Below are positions 1 to 13,394 of a stretch of DNA of 64,000 nt, one piece after another. Positions within the stretch are counted from its first letter, which is position 1; the number at the start of each line of letters is the position of its first letter. Source of the stretch: Desulfatiglandales bacterium (lineage in GTDB: Bacteria > Desulfobacterota > DSM-4660 > Desulfatiglandales > Desulfatiglandaceae); assembly GCA_963662465.1 (NCBI GenBank), contig OY759599.1, forward strand, positions 6,080,001-6,144,000, given 5' to 3'. A program made the translations under genes and the position numbers. The notes below the pieces were generated by a model. That model had not been told where the DNA came from, made no database searches, and was given only the letters and a program-made list of their open reading frames with translations.

Positions 1-590
1 TGCAGACAGATATCCTTCAGATTCGGCATTTCTTGACGGTCCATGGATTGCAGCCATTTTCTGAAAAAGGGGCTGCCGAAAGGATCTCCCGAACCGCTGA
101 TATAGAGCAATTCGGCCTGTCCAAGGGCCTGTTTCCGGATTTTCTTTTCGATCGCCGCTATTTCCCGCCGGCTGTCCGTTTCCACGATCATGTGGTTGCG
201 ACAGGTGGGGCACGTCAGGTTGCAGGACTGATCGTAGGTACAGATGATTTTTCGGGGACCGTAAGGGAGCCGGGTTAAGCCTTTTCTGATCACCTCCTGA
301 AATATGGGGTCGGTAACGGCCTTAATTTTCTGAACCGGACCGGATCGGGTCTGTAAAAAGGCACATTTTTCAACATCACAGAATTGAAAAGACCCGTCCA
401 GGATGGAGCGCCGGATGGCCCTGGCTTTTTGACCGTTCCAGATCTCTTCCACGGATGCATGCCGGATATTGCCGATACAGGTGTTCAGCCAGGACGGACA
501 GCACAGGTATACACCGCCCCGGTCGTTTAGCTGGGTGATTTCGAACCATTCAAAGGGTTTGGAACAAAATATCTTTTGCCGCGGCCACAT
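1..590 (-). CDS. Radical SAM protein with N-terminal SPASM/twitch-like domain (runs off the window edge)
   Basis: Manual translation from ATG at 590: MWPRQKIFCSKPFEWFEI...VYLCCPSWL..IGN...EEIWNG...CNLTCPTC (CxxxCxxC)...YISGSGDPF. Not in the ORF track because it is open at the edge. Confidence 0.8.
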   Translation of the reverse strand, partial: MWPRQKIFCSKPFEWFEITQLNDRGGVYLCCPSWLNTCIGNIRHASVEEIWNGQKARAIRRSILDGSFQFCDVEKCAFLQTRSGPVQKIKAVTDPIFQEVIRKGLTRLPYGPRKIICTYDQSCNLTCPTCRNHMIVETDSRREIAAIEKKIRKQALGQAELLYISGSGDPFGSPFFRKWLQSMDRQEMPNLKDICL

Positions 591-1032
591 TTACTTCTTT
601 CTAAGCTTATTCAATATGTTTTTCAGAAAATCTGCCGGATCCAGCTTCAGCCGAAACGGTCCGGGTGTCGGATCGAAGGTCTTTTTTTTAAATTCCAGAT
701 TGATTTTCTGATGCTGCCAATCATCTTCAAAGTCGATAAAAGGTTCTCGAAGTTTTCTGAAAAATGCAGTGTTTTGAACGATGCGCACCTTTTCCCATTC
801 GTCCTCCATTTGCAGGAAATCAAACAGTATCCCAACGGACGGCATGGTATAATCGTCCACCGCCACCATCCCCCCCGCCTTGAGCCTGAGCGATGAATAA
901 TACCAGTCGATGATGGGGAGCGGGAACCGGTGAGCGCCGTCAATAAAGACCATATCCAGTTCCCGGGGGATATGGTCGCCGCACGGCAGCGCGATTTCCG
1001 AACTTTCACTGAGAAAGCTGATATGTTCAAGT
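591..1032 (-). pseudogene. Class I SAM-dependent methyltransferase (Methyltransf_24-like), apparently 5'-truncated
   Basis: Frame reads ...SFLSESSEIALP...ELDMVFIDGAHRFP...LKAGGMVAVDD. An in-frame TAA lies shortly upstream and no N-terminal SAM-binding motif I is visible. Confidence 0.6.
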
Positions 1033-1192
1033 AGATTGAGCTTCCGGCCGCAAAGTTACTTTTGCGCAGCTGGAAAACCGGATTTTTCAAAAACAAACGG
1101 ACGCCGTCACCTCCCGGATCCTTCGCCATATCAGTATCTATCATCGTCTGCCGGCCCAGCGATGGGAAAAACGACGTATCAAAAAAAACTAT

Positions 1193-1240
1193 TAACCTTG
1201 TAAAATTGCGCAATGTCTGGCATTATAACCTTGTAAAATT
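1193..1240 (+). repeat. 15-bp direct repeat TAACCTTGTAAAATT x2 upstream of the AAA ATPase
   Basis: Identical copies at 1193-1207 and 1226-1240. Confidence 0.85.
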
Positions 1241-1276
1241 ACTTCTATACAGTTTAAAAGCAAGGACATCGTGTAC

Positions 1277-2581
1277 ATGGAACGTCAAATTGACACAAAA
1301 CTTCTGGATTGGAAAAAGAGTGAATTCAGAAAGCCTTTGATCATAAGAGGGGCGAGACAGGTCGGGAAAACATTTTCCGTATCCGGTTTTGGGGCGAATC
1401 ACTTTGAAGCATTTATAAAGATCGATTTTGAACGGGATCGGACAAGCCACAAGATCTTTGAGGGAGATCTGTCTGCCAAAAGGTTGCTTTCGGAGCTTGA
1501 AATTCACGCCAATAAATTAATTATACCAGGGAAAACCCTGTTATTTTTTGATGAAATCCAGGAATGTGAAAGAGCCTTATTGAGCCTGAGGTATTTTTAC
1601 GAGGAAATGCCTGAACTCTATATTATTGCAGCAGGTTCCATGCTCGAATTTACGCTGGGCAATATATCCTTTCCCGTGGGACGCGTTTCCTTTGAATGGA
1701 TGAGGCCCATGACTTTTCATGAATTTTTAATCGCATCCGACCGGAAAATCCTTGCGGATACACTGCCGTCCATTTCAGACTTCAAACCCATAAGCCAAAC
1801 CACCCATCTTAAGATAGTAGAACAGCTCAAGCTTTATTTTCTCGTGGGAGGAATGCCAGAGGCTGTGAAAAGATATGCCGGAACAGGAAGCGTAAGCCAA
1901 AGTTTTATGGTTCATGATGAAATATTTCAATCGTATCTTCAGTCATTGGTAAAATACAATCAGAGAGCGGATGTTGACAGCCTGGATCATTTGTTGCGAT
2001 CTTTGCCTGCCCACGTGGGAAAACAAATCAAATATACCCGGCTGGACCCTGAGCGAAGAATTGAAAAAACCAAAATGTCTCTTCAACTACTTGAAAGAGC
2101 ACTGCTTTGCCATATTATCAGGTCATCTAATGCCGATGGACTTCCCCTGAATGCCGGCGCCTCGCTAAAAATCATGAAACCGCTTTTTTTGGATCTGGGA
2201 TTGATGCAGTACCATTGTGGGATTCACCCATCAGATATCTTGAATGAAAAGGACCTCTCAAAGGTATATAAAGGTGCTCTGGCGGAACAGTTCGTCGGAC
2301 AGGAAATATTGGCGGCGGGAGGATCTGAAAATTTCAAAATGTTTTACTGGTCAAGGGCAAAAAAGAGCAGCTCGGCTGAAGTGGATTATCTTTATGTGAA
2401 AAACAGCAGAATATTTCCCGTGGAGGTTAAAAGCGGACCGGCCGGGAAGCTCAAAAGTCTGCACATTTTCCTGCAAGAGCATCCCAATATTAAAAAGGGA
2501 TATGTCATGTCTTCGGCTCTTTTTGAGAAACAAACAGCGAAAAACCTCGTATTCATGCCGATGTACACAAGATTTAAGTGA
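1277..2581 (+). CDS. AAA_14 ATPase with DUF4143 and a C-terminal PD-(D/E)xK-like motif
   Basis: Walker A GARQVGKT, Walker B LFFDEIQ, GGMPE, C-terminal EVDY...PVEVKSG. Confidence 0.9.
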   Translation: MERQIDTKLLDWKKSEFRKPLIIRGARQVGKTFSVSGFGANHFEAFIKIDFERDRTSHKIFEGDLSAKRLLSELEIHANKLIIPGKTLLFFDEIQECERALLSLRYFYEEMPELYIIAAGSMLEFTLGNISFPVGRVSFEWMRPMTFHEFLIASDRKILADTLPSISDFKPISQTTHLKIVEQLKLYFLVGGMPEAVKRYAGTGSVSQSFMVHDEIFQSYLQSLVKYNQRADVDSLDHLLRSLPAHVGKQIKYTRLDPERRIEKTKMSLQLLERALLCHIIRSSNADGLPLNAGASLKIMKPLFLDLGLMQYHCGIHPSDILNEKDLSKVYKGALAEQFVGQEILAAGGSENFKMFYWSRAKKSSSAEVDYLYVKNSRIFPVEVKSGPAGKLKSLHIFLQEHPNIKKGYVMSSALFEKQTAKNLVFMPMYTRFK

Positions 2582-2760
2582 ACCACCCTTCAAAAACCCC
2601 TTTACAAAGGTTACCGTTAAAGATTACATTTCCCAAACAAATTCACAAGCATTCTCGTTATGGTGTTTTATTCCTTGAAATCCTGTCAACAATAACAAGA
2701 ATAAGAACACTTAACATTTTTTACTTTGCGGCTTGCCGCTTGAGGAAGGATTGTATTTAC

Positions 2761-3417
2761 ATGGAGCAGAGCAGTCACATTCAGAAAGAGGCGTTATTGA
2801 AAGAGGCAAAAACTAGAAGTGGGTTGAAAAAAAAGGGTGTATTTCGGGAATATGCGGAGGCGGCGATCATTGCTGTTCTTCTGGCGCTTTTTATTCGAAC
2901 CTTTGTGGTGCAGGCCTTTAAAATTCCGTCAGGCTCCATGAAACCCACACTTCTGGTGGGCGACCATATTCTGGTCAACAAATTTTTATATGGCATCAAG
3001 ATTCCCTTTATCAACAAAACCCTGATCCCTGTCAGCGACCCCAAACGGGGCGATGTCATCGTTTTCATTTACCCCGTGGACCCGGATAAGGATTTTATCA
3101 AGCGTGTTATCGGACTTCCCGGCGACAAGATTGAGATGTCGGGTAAAAAAGTGTTGATCAATGGTAAGCCGTACGATGACAAACACGGATTTTATTCCAA
3201 TTTGGGCCGAACAACCGATGCCAAGGTCGGAGAAAATAGCCATTTCGGCCCGGTCACGGTCCCCGAGGGACATCTCTTTGTCATGGGGGACAACCGAAAC
3301 CATAGCTATGACAGCCGGTTTTGGGGATTTGTGCCCCTGTCGTCGGTCAAAGGAAAAGCCTTTATCATTTACTGGTCCTGGCCCCACTGGAAACGGTTTC
3401 TACACATTGTAAACTAA
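2761..3417 (+). CDS. lepB: Signal peptidase I
   Basis: IPSGSMKPTL (catalytic Ser), FIKRVIGLPGD (catalytic Lys), GDNRNHSYDSR. Start placed at ATG 2761 after GAGGAAGG. Confidence 0.95.
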   Translation: MEQSSHIQKEALLKEAKTRSGLKKKGVFREYAEAAIIAVLLALFIRTFVVQAFKIPSGSMKPTLLVGDHILVNKFLYGIKIPFINKTLIPVSDPKRGDVIVFIYPVDPDKDFIKRVIGLPGDKIEMSGKKVLINGKPYDDKHGFYSNLGRTTDAKVGENSHFGPVTVPEGHLFVMGDNRNHSYDSRFWGFVPLSSVKGKAFIIYWSWPHWKRFLHIVN

Positions 3418-3421
3418 AGTG

Positions 3422-3450
3422 TTGACAGAATATTATTCATTGCGTAAACT
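3422..3450 (+). promoter_or_regulatory. Sigma70-like promoter for por
   Basis: TTGACA-N17-TAAACT about 100 bp upstream of the PFOR start. Confidence 0.55.
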
Positions 3451-3522
3451 GAAAACTTTTCAAAAACCAATAACCGATATCGCTGTTTGCGGGTTCAAAA
3501 TCGTCATTTTCCCTAACCCTGA

Positions 3523-7083
<3,561 letters not shown>

Positions 7084-7130
7084 GTGTGATAGAACAGCCG
7101 GAAGGTCGAAAACCTTAACCATGATTTTTA

Positions 7131-7161
7131 AAAAAGGCCTCTTTTTAAGAGGCCTTTTTTT
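7131..7161 (+). terminator. Intrinsic (probably bidirectional) terminator
   Basis: AAAAAGGCCTCTT-TTT-AAGAGGCCTTTTTT between the convergent por and surE genes. Confidence 0.85.
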
Positions 7162-7239
7162 ATTTGGGTCCGAATATCGAACAAGGAATGTCCGATGATG
7201 AAGTTTTACTTCGACAGTCATTATTCGATATTCTGCGGT

Positions 7240-8022
7240 TCAAAAAAATACTTTAAAATGCATGTTACAAAGGATATCGCTGTTTTTAAGTCGCACCAGC
7301 TCCCCTTCAGCGGTCAGATCGTAATGGATGGGAGTGATGGTAATCTTATTCTGTTTGAGGGCCGCGGAATCGTTGTCGGGATTTCCGTTTTCAATGAATG
7401 TTTCACCGCTCAACCAGTAGTAAACGTTTCCCCTGGGGTCACGACGTTTTTCAAAACGTTCCTTAAATCGGCTGGTCCCCTGTCTTGCCAGGCACACGCC
7501 TGAAATCTTTTCAGGGGACACCGGGGGAATATTCACATTCAGGGCCGTGCCGTCTTTAAGGCCGCTCTCCGTGAGAATCCGGATGATGTTTCGGCTGAAG
7601 CGGGCGGCGAAAGAAAAATCTTGCTCAGGTTGAAGGCCAAGCGATATGGCGGCGGAAGGAATGCCTAAAAATGCCCCTTCCGTGGCGGCGGAGACCGTTC
7701 CCGAGTAGAGGATGTTGACGCCCACATTATTGCCCCAATTGATGCCTGAGAGGATAATGTTCGGCGGCGGATCCAGAATCTCCTGCACCGCAATCTTCAC
7801 GCAGTCAGCCGGGGTGCCGTTGACGGCGTAGCCGAAAAAGATCCCCTTTTTGTGTACAGGTTTGACGCGTATGGGATCGGCAAGGGTGATGGCGTGGCCC
7901 ACGGCGCTCATTTCCAGTTCAGGCGCGATAACGTGAAGGTCATGATCGGATTTAAGGGCTTCATGCAGGGCAAAAAGCCCCGGCGCATGAATGCCGTCAT
8001 CATTGGTCAGCAGTATTTTCAT
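7240..8022 (-). CDS. surE: 5'/3'-nucleotidase SurE
   Basis: MKILLTNDDGIHAPG, GTPADCV, SGINxGxN, YSGTVSAA. Confidence 0.96.
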   Translation of the reverse strand: MKILLTNDDGIHAPGLFALHEALKSDHDLHVIAPELEMSAVGHAITLADPIRVKPVHKKGIFFGYAVNGTPADCVKIAVQEILDPPPNIILSGINWGNNVGVNILYSGTVSAATEGAFLGIPSAAISLGLQPEQDFSFAARFSRNIIRILTESGLKDGTALNVNIPPVSPEKISGVCLARQGTSRFKERFEKRRDPRGNVYYWLSGETFIENGNPDNDSAALKQNKITITPIHYDLTAEGELVRLKNSDILCNMHFKVFF

Positions 8023-8074
8023 GTTTATGACCCGTGTTCCTGTTGCTTCCTGAAACCAATTTCTGTATATTTCC

Positions 8075-8150
8075 GCTTTACCATGAAAATGCAGCTGTTA
8101 GCGATTAGCTGTTAGCCGTTAGCTTGAAAGCGGTAGATGTCATTTTCATG
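8075..8150 (+). repeat. 76-bp MITE/REP-like element, copy 1
   Basis: 10-bp inverted termini CATGAAAATG...CATTTTCATG around heptamer repeats. Matches the reverse complement of 34971-35046 at 73/76 positions. Confidence 0.85.
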
Positions 8151-8256
8151 CGAGGGGGGTGGCAAATCCCCTTGCCATGAAAGTTTACCTCATTTTCCAC
8201 AAAAACGCCATTTTCAAAAATGGGGCAACATCTTATCAATTCAAAGGGAGAGCAAC

Positions 8257-8787
8257 ATGGCCGTGGAAGTGAAAAAAAAGACAATGCTGCATCAGGGTCG
8301 GATATTCCGGCTTATGCGGGAAAATATCACCCTGGAAAACGGGGTCAACACGGATATGGATGTGATCCGACATCCCGGCGCCGCCGCCGTTGTCCCCTTC
8401 GTGGATGAAAACACCCTGTTGATGATTCGGCAATACCGGTATGCCGCCGGAGGGTATATCTGGGAGATACCCGCGGGAACCCTTGATCCCGGTGAAACCC
8501 CTCAGACCTGCGCCGAACGCGAATTGATCGAGGAAGTCGGATTTTCAGGGGGAACATGGCGGTTCCTGGGTGAAATTACCCCGCTGCCCGGTTATTCGGA
8601 TGAGTGCATTCATATTTTTGCGGCAACGGATCTGACCCCCGCACACCAGCATCTCGATCATGATGAAATTCTGGAGGTGCATAAGGTCGGCTTTCAGGAT
8701 GCCCTTGAGATGATTCGAAACAATGAAATTCAGGATGCAAAAACCATTTCAGGATTGTTTCTGGCAAAACTCCGGATGAAGGATTAA
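8257..8787 (+). CDS. NUDIX hydrolase (ADP-ribose pyrophosphatase-like)
   Basis: Nudix box GTLDPGETPQTCAERELIEEVG, RQYRY and IQDAKT. Confidence 0.92.
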   Translation: MAVEVKKKTMLHQGRIFRLMRENITLENGVNTDMDVIRHPGAAAVVPFVDENTLLMIRQYRYAAGGYIWEIPAGTLDPGETPQTCAERELIEEVGFSGGTWRFLGEITPLPGYSDECIHIFAATDLTPAHQHLDHDEILEVHKVGFQDALEMIRNNEIQDAKTISGLFLAKLRMKD

Positions 8788-8794
8788 AAAATCA

Positions 8795-9850
8795 ATGGTT
8801 TCGATTCGACAGCTGCTGACCCGGACGCCGGTAACGGTGTCCGCACCCTGTCGCGTGGACACGGGCGGCACATGGGATATCAAGGCATTGGCTCTTCCCC
8901 TGCAAGCCGTGGTTCCCGTCACCGTGAACATGGCGCTCACCCTCAGGACGACCGTAACCCTTCAGCCCTATGAAGACGGTTGGGTGAAAATATCATCCCG
9001 CGGCTTTGCCCGCACTGAAACATTCGCGACTGATCGGTTGCCGTTCGACTCGCCCTTCGGGATTTTCTTCGCGGCGGTGTCTTATTTCGGTTTTCATGGT
9101 TTGGAAGTGAAGATCGATTCCCAGTCTCCGGTCAAATCCGCTCTTGGGGGGTCCAGTACCGCCCTTGTGGCCCTGGTGGGCGCCCTTCAGGAAGTGCCCG
9201 TGCTGGATGACCGGGGCCTTTCCAGGAAAGAAATCCTTCATCTGGCCTATCACCTGGAAGACGGCGTCAGTGGCGGAAATTGCGGTATTCAGGATCAGGC
9301 CGCGGCTGTTTATGGCGGCGTTCACCTGTGGAAATGGCATTTTGGAAATTCAGTCGAACCTCTGACCCGAATTTCATTGTTGGATCAAAAGGGTCGAGAA
9401 ACGCTTTCAAACCATATCCTGGTGGCTTACAGCGGCAAGAGCCATGTTTCCGCCCGTACCAATCATCAATGGATCAATGATTTTCTATCCGGCAAAACAC
9501 GGTCTGGATGGATCAAGGCCAATGGCGTTGTGCATTCTTTTGCCCGAGCCATCGAGATCGGGGATTGGGATCAGGCTGCGTTTTTCCTGAGGGAAGAAAT
9601 GGCCTTAAGGCGCGAAATTACCCCCGAAGCCCTTGATGAGGCAACGGAAAAGATGGTGGGGACAGCGGAAAGCATCGGCTGCGGGGCCCGGTTCGCCGGC
9701 GCCGGGGCCGGCGGATCCGTCTGGGCCATAGGGAAAAAGGCGAACGTGGATATGTTGAGAAAAAAATGGCGGGAATTGCTGGCGCCCATAAAGAGCGCTC
9801 AAATACTTTGTGCCGGGATCGATTCCGAAGGGGTACGTCGGGACGTTTGA
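8795..9850 (+). CDS. GHMP-family sugar kinase (HddA/galactokinase-like)
   Basis: SAPCRVDTGG, PVKSALGGSS ATP loop, GIQDQ, GAGAGG. Confidence 0.85.
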   Translation: MVSIRQLLTRTPVTVSAPCRVDTGGTWDIKALALPLQAVVPVTVNMALTLRTTVTLQPYEDGWVKISSRGFARTETFATDRLPFDSPFGIFFAAVSYFGFHGLEVKIDSQSPVKSALGGSSTALVALVGALQEVPVLDDRGLSRKEILHLAYHLEDGVSGGNCGIQDQAAAVYGGVHLWKWHFGNSVEPLTRISLLDQKGRETLSNHILVAYSGKSHVSARTNHQWINDFLSGKTRSGWIKANGVVHSFARAIEIGDWDQAAFFLREEMALRREITPEALDEATEKMVGTAESIGCGARFAGAGAGGSVWAIGKKANVDMLRKKWRELLAPIKSAQILCAGIDSEGVRRDV

Positions 9851-9861
9851 ATAAAGTATCA

Positions 9862-10134
9862 TCAATTGACGGTCTGCCGATACACCATCCCATAGGTTCC
9901 TGTTTCAAATAGTCCTTTCAGTTCCCCCAGGAGGGTGTTTGTGGCCTGTTCCACCATGAGGATATCCAACTCTGAAACCAGGTCCATGTCCAGACTTCCG
10001 ATTTCTTCTTCCAAATCTTCAAATTGCATTAAAAACGCTTCATTTTTAAACGCTTCACTGATGGCGCTGTGTACGTCAATGATGGTGCCGACGCAGTGTT
10101 GCACCCTGAGCCGATATTGGTCGGTTGTGTTCAT
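9862..10134 (-). CDS. Hypothetical protein
   Basis: About 90-aa helical ORF with an AAGGA RBS, downstream of the zinc-ribbon gene. Confidence 0.65.
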   Translation of the reverse strand: MNTTDQYRLRVQHCVGTIIDVHSAISEAFKNEAFLMQFEDLEEEIGSLDMDLVSELDILMVEQATNTLLGELKGLFETGTYGMVYRQTVN

Positions 10135-10190
10135 CTGTTTCCTTTTTAATGATGTTGTACGAATCGCTAGTGGCATCTATTGCGTGACGC

Positions 10191-10862
10191 CTATCCCTTG
10201 CCTAGTTCGTCGAGTGTTTCCGTAAAGGCCCCGTAAAAATTCTCGTGGTTCCATAGGGCTGCTTTTAAGATGCCTGCAAATTCCTTCATATCCTTGGGGT
10301 TCACGACCAGGTTGGCACTCAACCCGAAGGCGGTCATGCGATCCATGGTGGTAAAGTCCGATCCCAGCAAAACCAGGAAGCTTTTTCTGCGGGTATGCAT
10401 GGGCAGCCGGTTCAGGTAGTGAAGTATGGGGCTCTGCGCCCATGGAACACCGTCAAAATGGTTTGAAAGAACAACCAGGTCAAAAAGATGAAAGCGCATT
10501 TTGCTGATGCCCTCTCCGGCATCTTTCACCAGAACCGTTTTGTAACGCAACCCTTCCGCAGCCTCTTGAACACCGCTGTCAGCTTCAGATTTATTTAACA
10601 TCAACAAAGCCAGTTTCGCTCCCTCTTCATAGAAATCGAGGGAAAAAGGATCCTCGTTGCGATATCCCTTATCGTGTTCAGGCAGCTCCGAACCCATTTC
10701 CGCGGGTTCCTGAATTAAAGGCGACGCCGGCTTGGCTTGGGTCTTTTCAAAAGAAATTTTACTGTTGCATTTTGGGCAATTGGCCGTTACCCGACCGTTT
10801 TCGGGAACTTTTTCATCAGGGATTTTGAGCCTGGCCTGGCAATTTGTGCAGACAATTTCCAT
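10191..10862 (-). CDS. Zinc-ribbon (MJ0042-like) protein with degenerate receiver-like C-terminal domain
   Basis: N-terminal CTNC...CPKC; lies directly downstream of the PilT-family genes. Confidence 0.8.
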   Translation of the reverse strand: MEIVCTNCQARLKIPDEKVPENGRVTANCPKCNSKISFEKTQAKPASPLIQEPAEMGSELPEHDKGYRNEDPFSLDFYEEGAKLALLMLNKSEADSGVQEAAEGLRYKTVLVKDAGEGISKMRFHLFDLVVLSNHFDGVPWAQSPILHYLNRLPMHTRRKSFLVLLGSDFTTMDRMTAFGLSANLVVNPKDMKEFAGILKAALWNHENFYGAFTETLDELGKG

Positions 10863-10883
10863 TGATATCTCCCTATCCGTCGG

Positions 10884-12056
10884 TTAGCGCTTGTCTTTTT
10901 TCCCATATTTTGTATCCACCGTCAAGTTTTCAATGGTCGTTGTCTTTTCACCCCTGGCCGATTTTATGGAATCAATGGCCCGCCCCACGATGGCCCTTTT
11001 CGAAGCGTAGCTCATAGCAGTTTCTTCCGTGATGAGGTCTTTTTTGTAGAGACCGATGATGGACTGGTCAAAAGTCATCATACCGAAGGCATTCCCACCC
11101 TCTATGATTTCATAAAAGGTTTTCCCCTCTGACTCGCCGTGCAGAATGGAGTCCTTGACGCGCAAGTTGGCAGCCATGATCTCAAAGGCGGCAATACGTC
11201 CGCCGCCGATCTTGGGCAACAGACGCTGGCAGGCAATCCAACGAAGTGTGTCCGCCAGTCGCACGCGAATCTGGGTCTCTTCTTCCTTATCAAAAAGACC
11301 CACAAACCGGTTGACGGTCTGCCCGGCGTCCACGGTGTGCAGGGTGCTGAGTACCAGGTGCCCGGTTTCCGCAGCGGATAGACCGATATCCACGGTGACC
11401 CTGTCTCGCATTTCCCCCACTAAAATTGCCTTGGGCGCCTGCCTTAGCGCAGCCCTTAGCCCGGAGGCGAAAGAATCAAAATCTATGCCCAGTTCACGCT
11501 GGTTAAAGGTAGATTTTTTCTGGGAATGAACAAACTCCACCGGGTCTTCCAACGTCACCACATGGACGGATTTTTCTTCATTGATTTCATTGAGGACGGC
11601 CGCCAGAGAGGTGCTTTTGCCGGAACCGGTGGCGCCGGTTACCAAAACAATCCCGTTTCTTTCCTGCGCCATTTTTAAAAAAGCGGCCGGCAGTCCTATT
11701 TCCTTTATCGTCGGCACCCGTGTGGACAACTGCCGCATCACAATGGAATAACAACCCCGCTGGGAAAAAATGTTCACCCTGAAGCGGGCCTTTCCCGCCA
11801 GTTGATAGGAGATATCGCATGACCCTTCCGTCAGAAGATTTTTGATTAAACGACGATCTCCTTTAATCAGGTTAAGGGCGATGGCTTCGGTTTGAAAGGG
11901 TGTCAGTTTTCTCGGAAGCGGCTTCAGAAGTACGGGTTTCAGCTGTCCGGAGGACTCTACCTGGCAAGGCTTATCCACCGTGAAGTTGAGGTCCGACACA
12001 TTGTCGTAGGCCTTTAGCATCGACGTCAATATATAGTCGAGTTCCTGCTGTTTCAT
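10884..12056 (-). CDS. PilT/PilU-family type IV pilus ATPase
   Basis: GATGSGKST, TLEDPVE, ALRQAP..ILVGEMRD, AETGHLVLSTLHT. Confidence 0.93.
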   Translation of the reverse strand: MKQQELDYILTSMLKAYDNVSDLNFTVDKPCQVESSGQLKPVLLKPLPRKLTPFQTEAIALNLIKGDRRLIKNLLTEGSCDISYQLAGKARFRVNIFSQRGCYSIVMRQLSTRVPTIKEIGLPAAFLKMAQERNGIVLVTGATGSGKSTSLAAVLNEINEEKSVHVVTLEDPVEFVHSQKKSTFNQRELGIDFDSFASGLRAALRQAPKAILVGEMRDRVTVDIGLSAAETGHLVLSTLHTVDAGQTVNRFVGLFDKEEETQIRVRLADTLRWIACQRLLPKIGGGRIAAFEIMAANLRVKDSILHGESEGKTFYEIIEGGNAFGMMTFDQSIIGLYKKDLITEETAMSYASKRAIVGRAIDSIKSARGEKTTTIENLTVDTKYGKKDKR

Positions 12057-12080
12057 CGCAATGCCTCCCTCTTCTTTACA

Positions 12081-13163
12081 TTACACATCCGTAAAATCTT
12101 CCGGAGGATTCTTGAGATAAGGAAGAAATTTCGTTTTGTCGTTGGATTTCCCGTATGCCTCGTCAGGGCCGATTCTCCCTTTTGACAGGTGCTCCATGAT
12201 GGCGTCATCCAAGGTCTGCATACCGTATTTTTTTCCGGTTTGCAACATGGATGGGATTTGGAAAGTCTTTCCCTCACGAATCAGGTTTCGGACCGCCGGG
12301 GTGGCAATCATGATTTCCAGTGCCGCCACCCGGCCTTTCTTGTCGATCCGTTTAAACAGATTCTGGGCCACTACGGCTCTAAGCCCATCGGAAAGGGTGT
12401 TGCGGATCTGCTCCTGTTGATTGGTGGGAAAAACCTCAATCACGCGGTCCACGGTCTTGGCGGCGCTGGTGGTGTGAAGGGTTCCGAAAACCAGGTGACC
12501 GGTCGCCGAGGCCTCAATGGCCAGGGATATGGTTTCCAGGTCCCTCATTTCGCCTACCAGAATAATGTCCGGGTCTTCCCTCAAAGCGCCCTTCAGCGCT
12601 GCTGTAAACGATCGGGTATGAAGGCCCACTTCCCGGTGATTCACGATGGCTTTCTGGCTTTTATGAACGAATTCAATGGGATCCTCAATGGTCAGGATGT
12701 GGTCTTTGCGGGTCCTGTTGGCTTCATCCACAATGGCCGCCAAAGTAGTTGATTTGCCGCTTCCGGTCGGCCCGGTCACCAGCACAAGTCCCCTTGGCAA
12801 AGAGGCCAGTTTCCGAACGACGGGGGGCAACCCCAGCTGTTCACAGGTGAGAATATCAGAAGGGATTTCCCTGAAAACCGCTCCCACACCGTATTTTTGT
12901 TGAAAAAAATTGGCCCGGTAACGAGCAAGGTTTGGGATTTCATAAGCGAAGTCTACATCTCCGGTTTCTTCAAAAACCTTTACCTTTTCTTCCGGAGCGA
13001 TTTCATAGAGCATCCCTTTGAGCGTATCGTTATCCAGGGCCTTATATTTTACCCGTTCAAGCTCACCCTGTATTCGCAAAACGGGCTGTTGGCCCGACAT
13101 CAGGTGAAGGTCCGATGCCCCCTGATCATTCATCAACCTGAAAAACGCATCAATTTGCGCCAT
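12081..13163 (-). CDS. pilT: Type IV pilus twitching motility ATPase PilT
   Basis: GASDLHL, GPTGSGKSTT, ALREDPDIILVGEMRD, AVRNLIRE. Start MAQID after GGAGG. Confidence 0.95.
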   Translation of the reverse strand: MAQIDAFFRLMNDQGASDLHLMSGQQPVLRIQGELERVKYKALDNDTLKGMLYEIAPEEKVKVFEETGDVDFAYEIPNLARYRANFFQQKYGVGAVFREIPSDILTCEQLGLPPVVRKLASLPRGLVLVTGPTGSGKSTTLAAIVDEANRTRKDHILTIEDPIEFVHKSQKAIVNHREVGLHTRSFTAALKGALREDPDIILVGEMRDLETISLAIEASATGHLVFGTLHTTSAAKTVDRVIEVFPTNQQEQIRNTLSDGLRAVVAQNLFKRIDKKGRVAALEIMIATPAVRNLIREGKTFQIPSMLQTGKKYGMQTLDDAIMEHLSKGRIGPDEAYGKSNDKTKFLPYLKNPPEDFTDV

Positions 13164-13360
13164 GACATCCTCCCACGCCTGAATTTCTGATGAACCCTTG
13201 GAACAATCAGGGAAAATCATTATACGCAGAGAGCGACTCTGTCAACCCTAAAGCGGCAAACCGTAAAATTTTCGGTTTTTTAAGTTTTAAGCAAACATGA
13301 GCATACTAGGAATTATATTGACAAGAGATCAACCCTTTGATAATTTTTTCACAACCACTC

Positions 13361-13394
13361 AGGTCTTTTGGTTATCCCGAAAGGCCTTTTTTTT
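13361..13394 (+). terminator. Terminator-like hairpin in the panB 5' leader
   Basis: AGGTCTTTTGG/CCGAAAGGCCT stem followed by a T-run, just downstream of TTGACA-N17-TAATTT (13318-13346). Confidence 0.65.

Noticed and set aside
2578..2760. N-terminal extension of lepB from the ORF track (similar extensions for NUDIX, qrcB and pilT)
   Set aside because: Downstream ATGs have better RBSs and match family N-termini, so the extensions are likely artefacts of longest-ORF calling.
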